A stretch of 64,000 nt of DNA from Macrostomum lignano (taxonomy: Eukaryota): positions 62,001 to 126,000 of the forward strand of contig NIVC01000428.1 of NCBI GenBank assembly GCA_002269645.1. The letters run 5' to 3'. Position numbers and translations under genes: made by a program. Within the stretch, counting starts at the first letter, position 1. Each line of letters begins with the position of its first letter. Below, piece after piece: positions 62,628 to 64,000 of the stretch. The notes under the pieces are model-generated. The model was given only the letters and a program-made list of their open reading frames with translations, did not search any database and had not been told where the DNA came from.

Positions 62628-64000
62628 CGATGAGCTTGGCCAGGTAGCTGATGTAGGAGCCCCTCAGGCCGATGGCGCTGGCCACGCAGTCCGAGTTCTC
62701 CAGCAGGAAGACGGCCTGCAGGCGCTTGCGCAGCACCCGCGGCTCGCTGATCAGGTCGTCCTTGACGATGGTCGTCTCCTCGTCGACCCTGCACCGGACG
62801 CAGCTGTAGGGCGTGTTGATGTTCACCAGCTCGTTCCGGCAGCGGTCGGTGTACTGCACGGCCACCTCGCAGATGTCCTTGCCGAGACGGGCGAAGGCGC
62901 GGCACAGGTCCAGGTAGGGCCGAGGGTTGACTGTGCTGAAGCATTGTCGAACGAGAAGCTGCGCCGAGAGAACCACAGCTGGCAGTTCGCCTCGGCTTCC
63001 GGCGACTCCACCGCCGGCGAGAGGGTGGCGTCGGGTCCGCCGGTCTCGGTGGCGAGGCACCTGCCGGAGGTCCAGTAGCGGATGTGCGAGTCCCGGCTAC
63101 CGCCTTGAAGGTCGTTGGCCCTGTGGCCGTCGTTGCTGCCGGCCATGCCGTCGACGCGGGCCTGGTAGAGAGGGTGCACCCGCAGCAAGCAGGAGTCGGT
63201 GATGGAGTTGCACCGCAGCAGCAGGGTGTTGCGCAGCGTCTCGCCGTGGAAGCGGACGAGCAGGCGGCTCTTCTTGCGCTCCGCCTGCACCAGCCGGCCG
63301 CCGACGTAGCGACTCATCGGGAGCTTCTCGATGCGGCCGTTGACTTTGAGAACGCCGCTGGGGCTGATTGAGTACTGCACGCTGCCGAACCTCACCAGCA
63401 GGTCGTGCCGCACCGCCGTCCCGTTCACTTCGCGGTAGCTCTGGGCCACGGTGAACTCATTCAGCCGGAAGTCGTGCGCCAGGACGTAGCTGCATGGCAA
63501 CGGGTTCACCAGGCTGATCCCGTCGAAGGTGATGAGGCTGCGGCCGCCTGCCAGCACCGCCGTCCGGTGCCGCATCGCCAGCTGGCGCGCCAACGGGTCC
63601 CACAGGCCGGCGTCCATCTGGCGCCAGTCGTTGAACATCGACAGCAGCACGTAGCAGTCGGACGAGGCGGCGAACAGTCTTAGCTGCAGGGTGTTCCGTA
63701 GACACAGCGGGGAGGCGAGGGTCGCCCATTCCGCTTCAGCGAACAGTCGGTCTCGGAATCGACGCGCCGTTGCTCGAATCGATCGAACTCGGGCCAGGCG
63801 GCGGCGCCAAACCCGCGGGCTCAGGCTGTCCAGGTACACCGGCGGGTACACGTCGCCAACCACCGCGGCGAAGGCGGCGTCTCCGCTTTCTCGGCATTTG
63901 GCGTCGCAGACAGGCCGCCATACGCGCAGCCCGTAGGCGTCAGTCATCAGCATGCGGCGGACTGCGGCGGCGAACTCGCCGTTGCTGAGCAGCCGCCAGC
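62628..64000 (-). pseudogene. Duplicate apolipophorin-like VWD/C8 exon, running off the window; 1-bp deletion near 62945 and in-frame 69-bp insertion at 63680-63748
   Basis: Inverted copy of 14981-16285. Confidence 0.85.

Overview
Eukaryotic, metazoan DNA with GC-rich exons and AT-rich introns packed with minisatellites. The style resembles a free-living flatworm such as Macrostomum (inference only). Genes: (1) the 3' part of a very large apolipophorin/ApoB-like lipid transfer gene (+, about 1.0-20.0 kb; DUF1943-like region, long beta region, VWD, C8-like and Cys-rich tail); (2) an intronless NPY/NPF-family RFamide neuropeptide precursor (-, 21132-21443); (3) a two-exon multi-C2H2 zinc-finger gene (-); (4) a six-exon secreted GH38-like/DUF5054-type glycoside hydrolase (-). 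The dominant structure is a diverged inverted duplication: about 14981-33225 recurs reversed at about 45698-64000. The right arm has lost the zinc-finger gene and the last hydrolase exon, and has gained a solo LTR and a rearranged Ty3/Gypsy element. The roughly 12.5-kb spacer holds a decayed PHD/MULE transposon relic that is strongly CpG-depleted with CpG/CpA-to-TpA type stop codons, an intact CpG-rich mariner nested inside it, and a small hAT-like MITE near the inner breakpoint. No prokaryotic features, rRNA, true tRNA gene or CRISPR array were found. Splice sites were read by eye and repeat boundaries are approximate.
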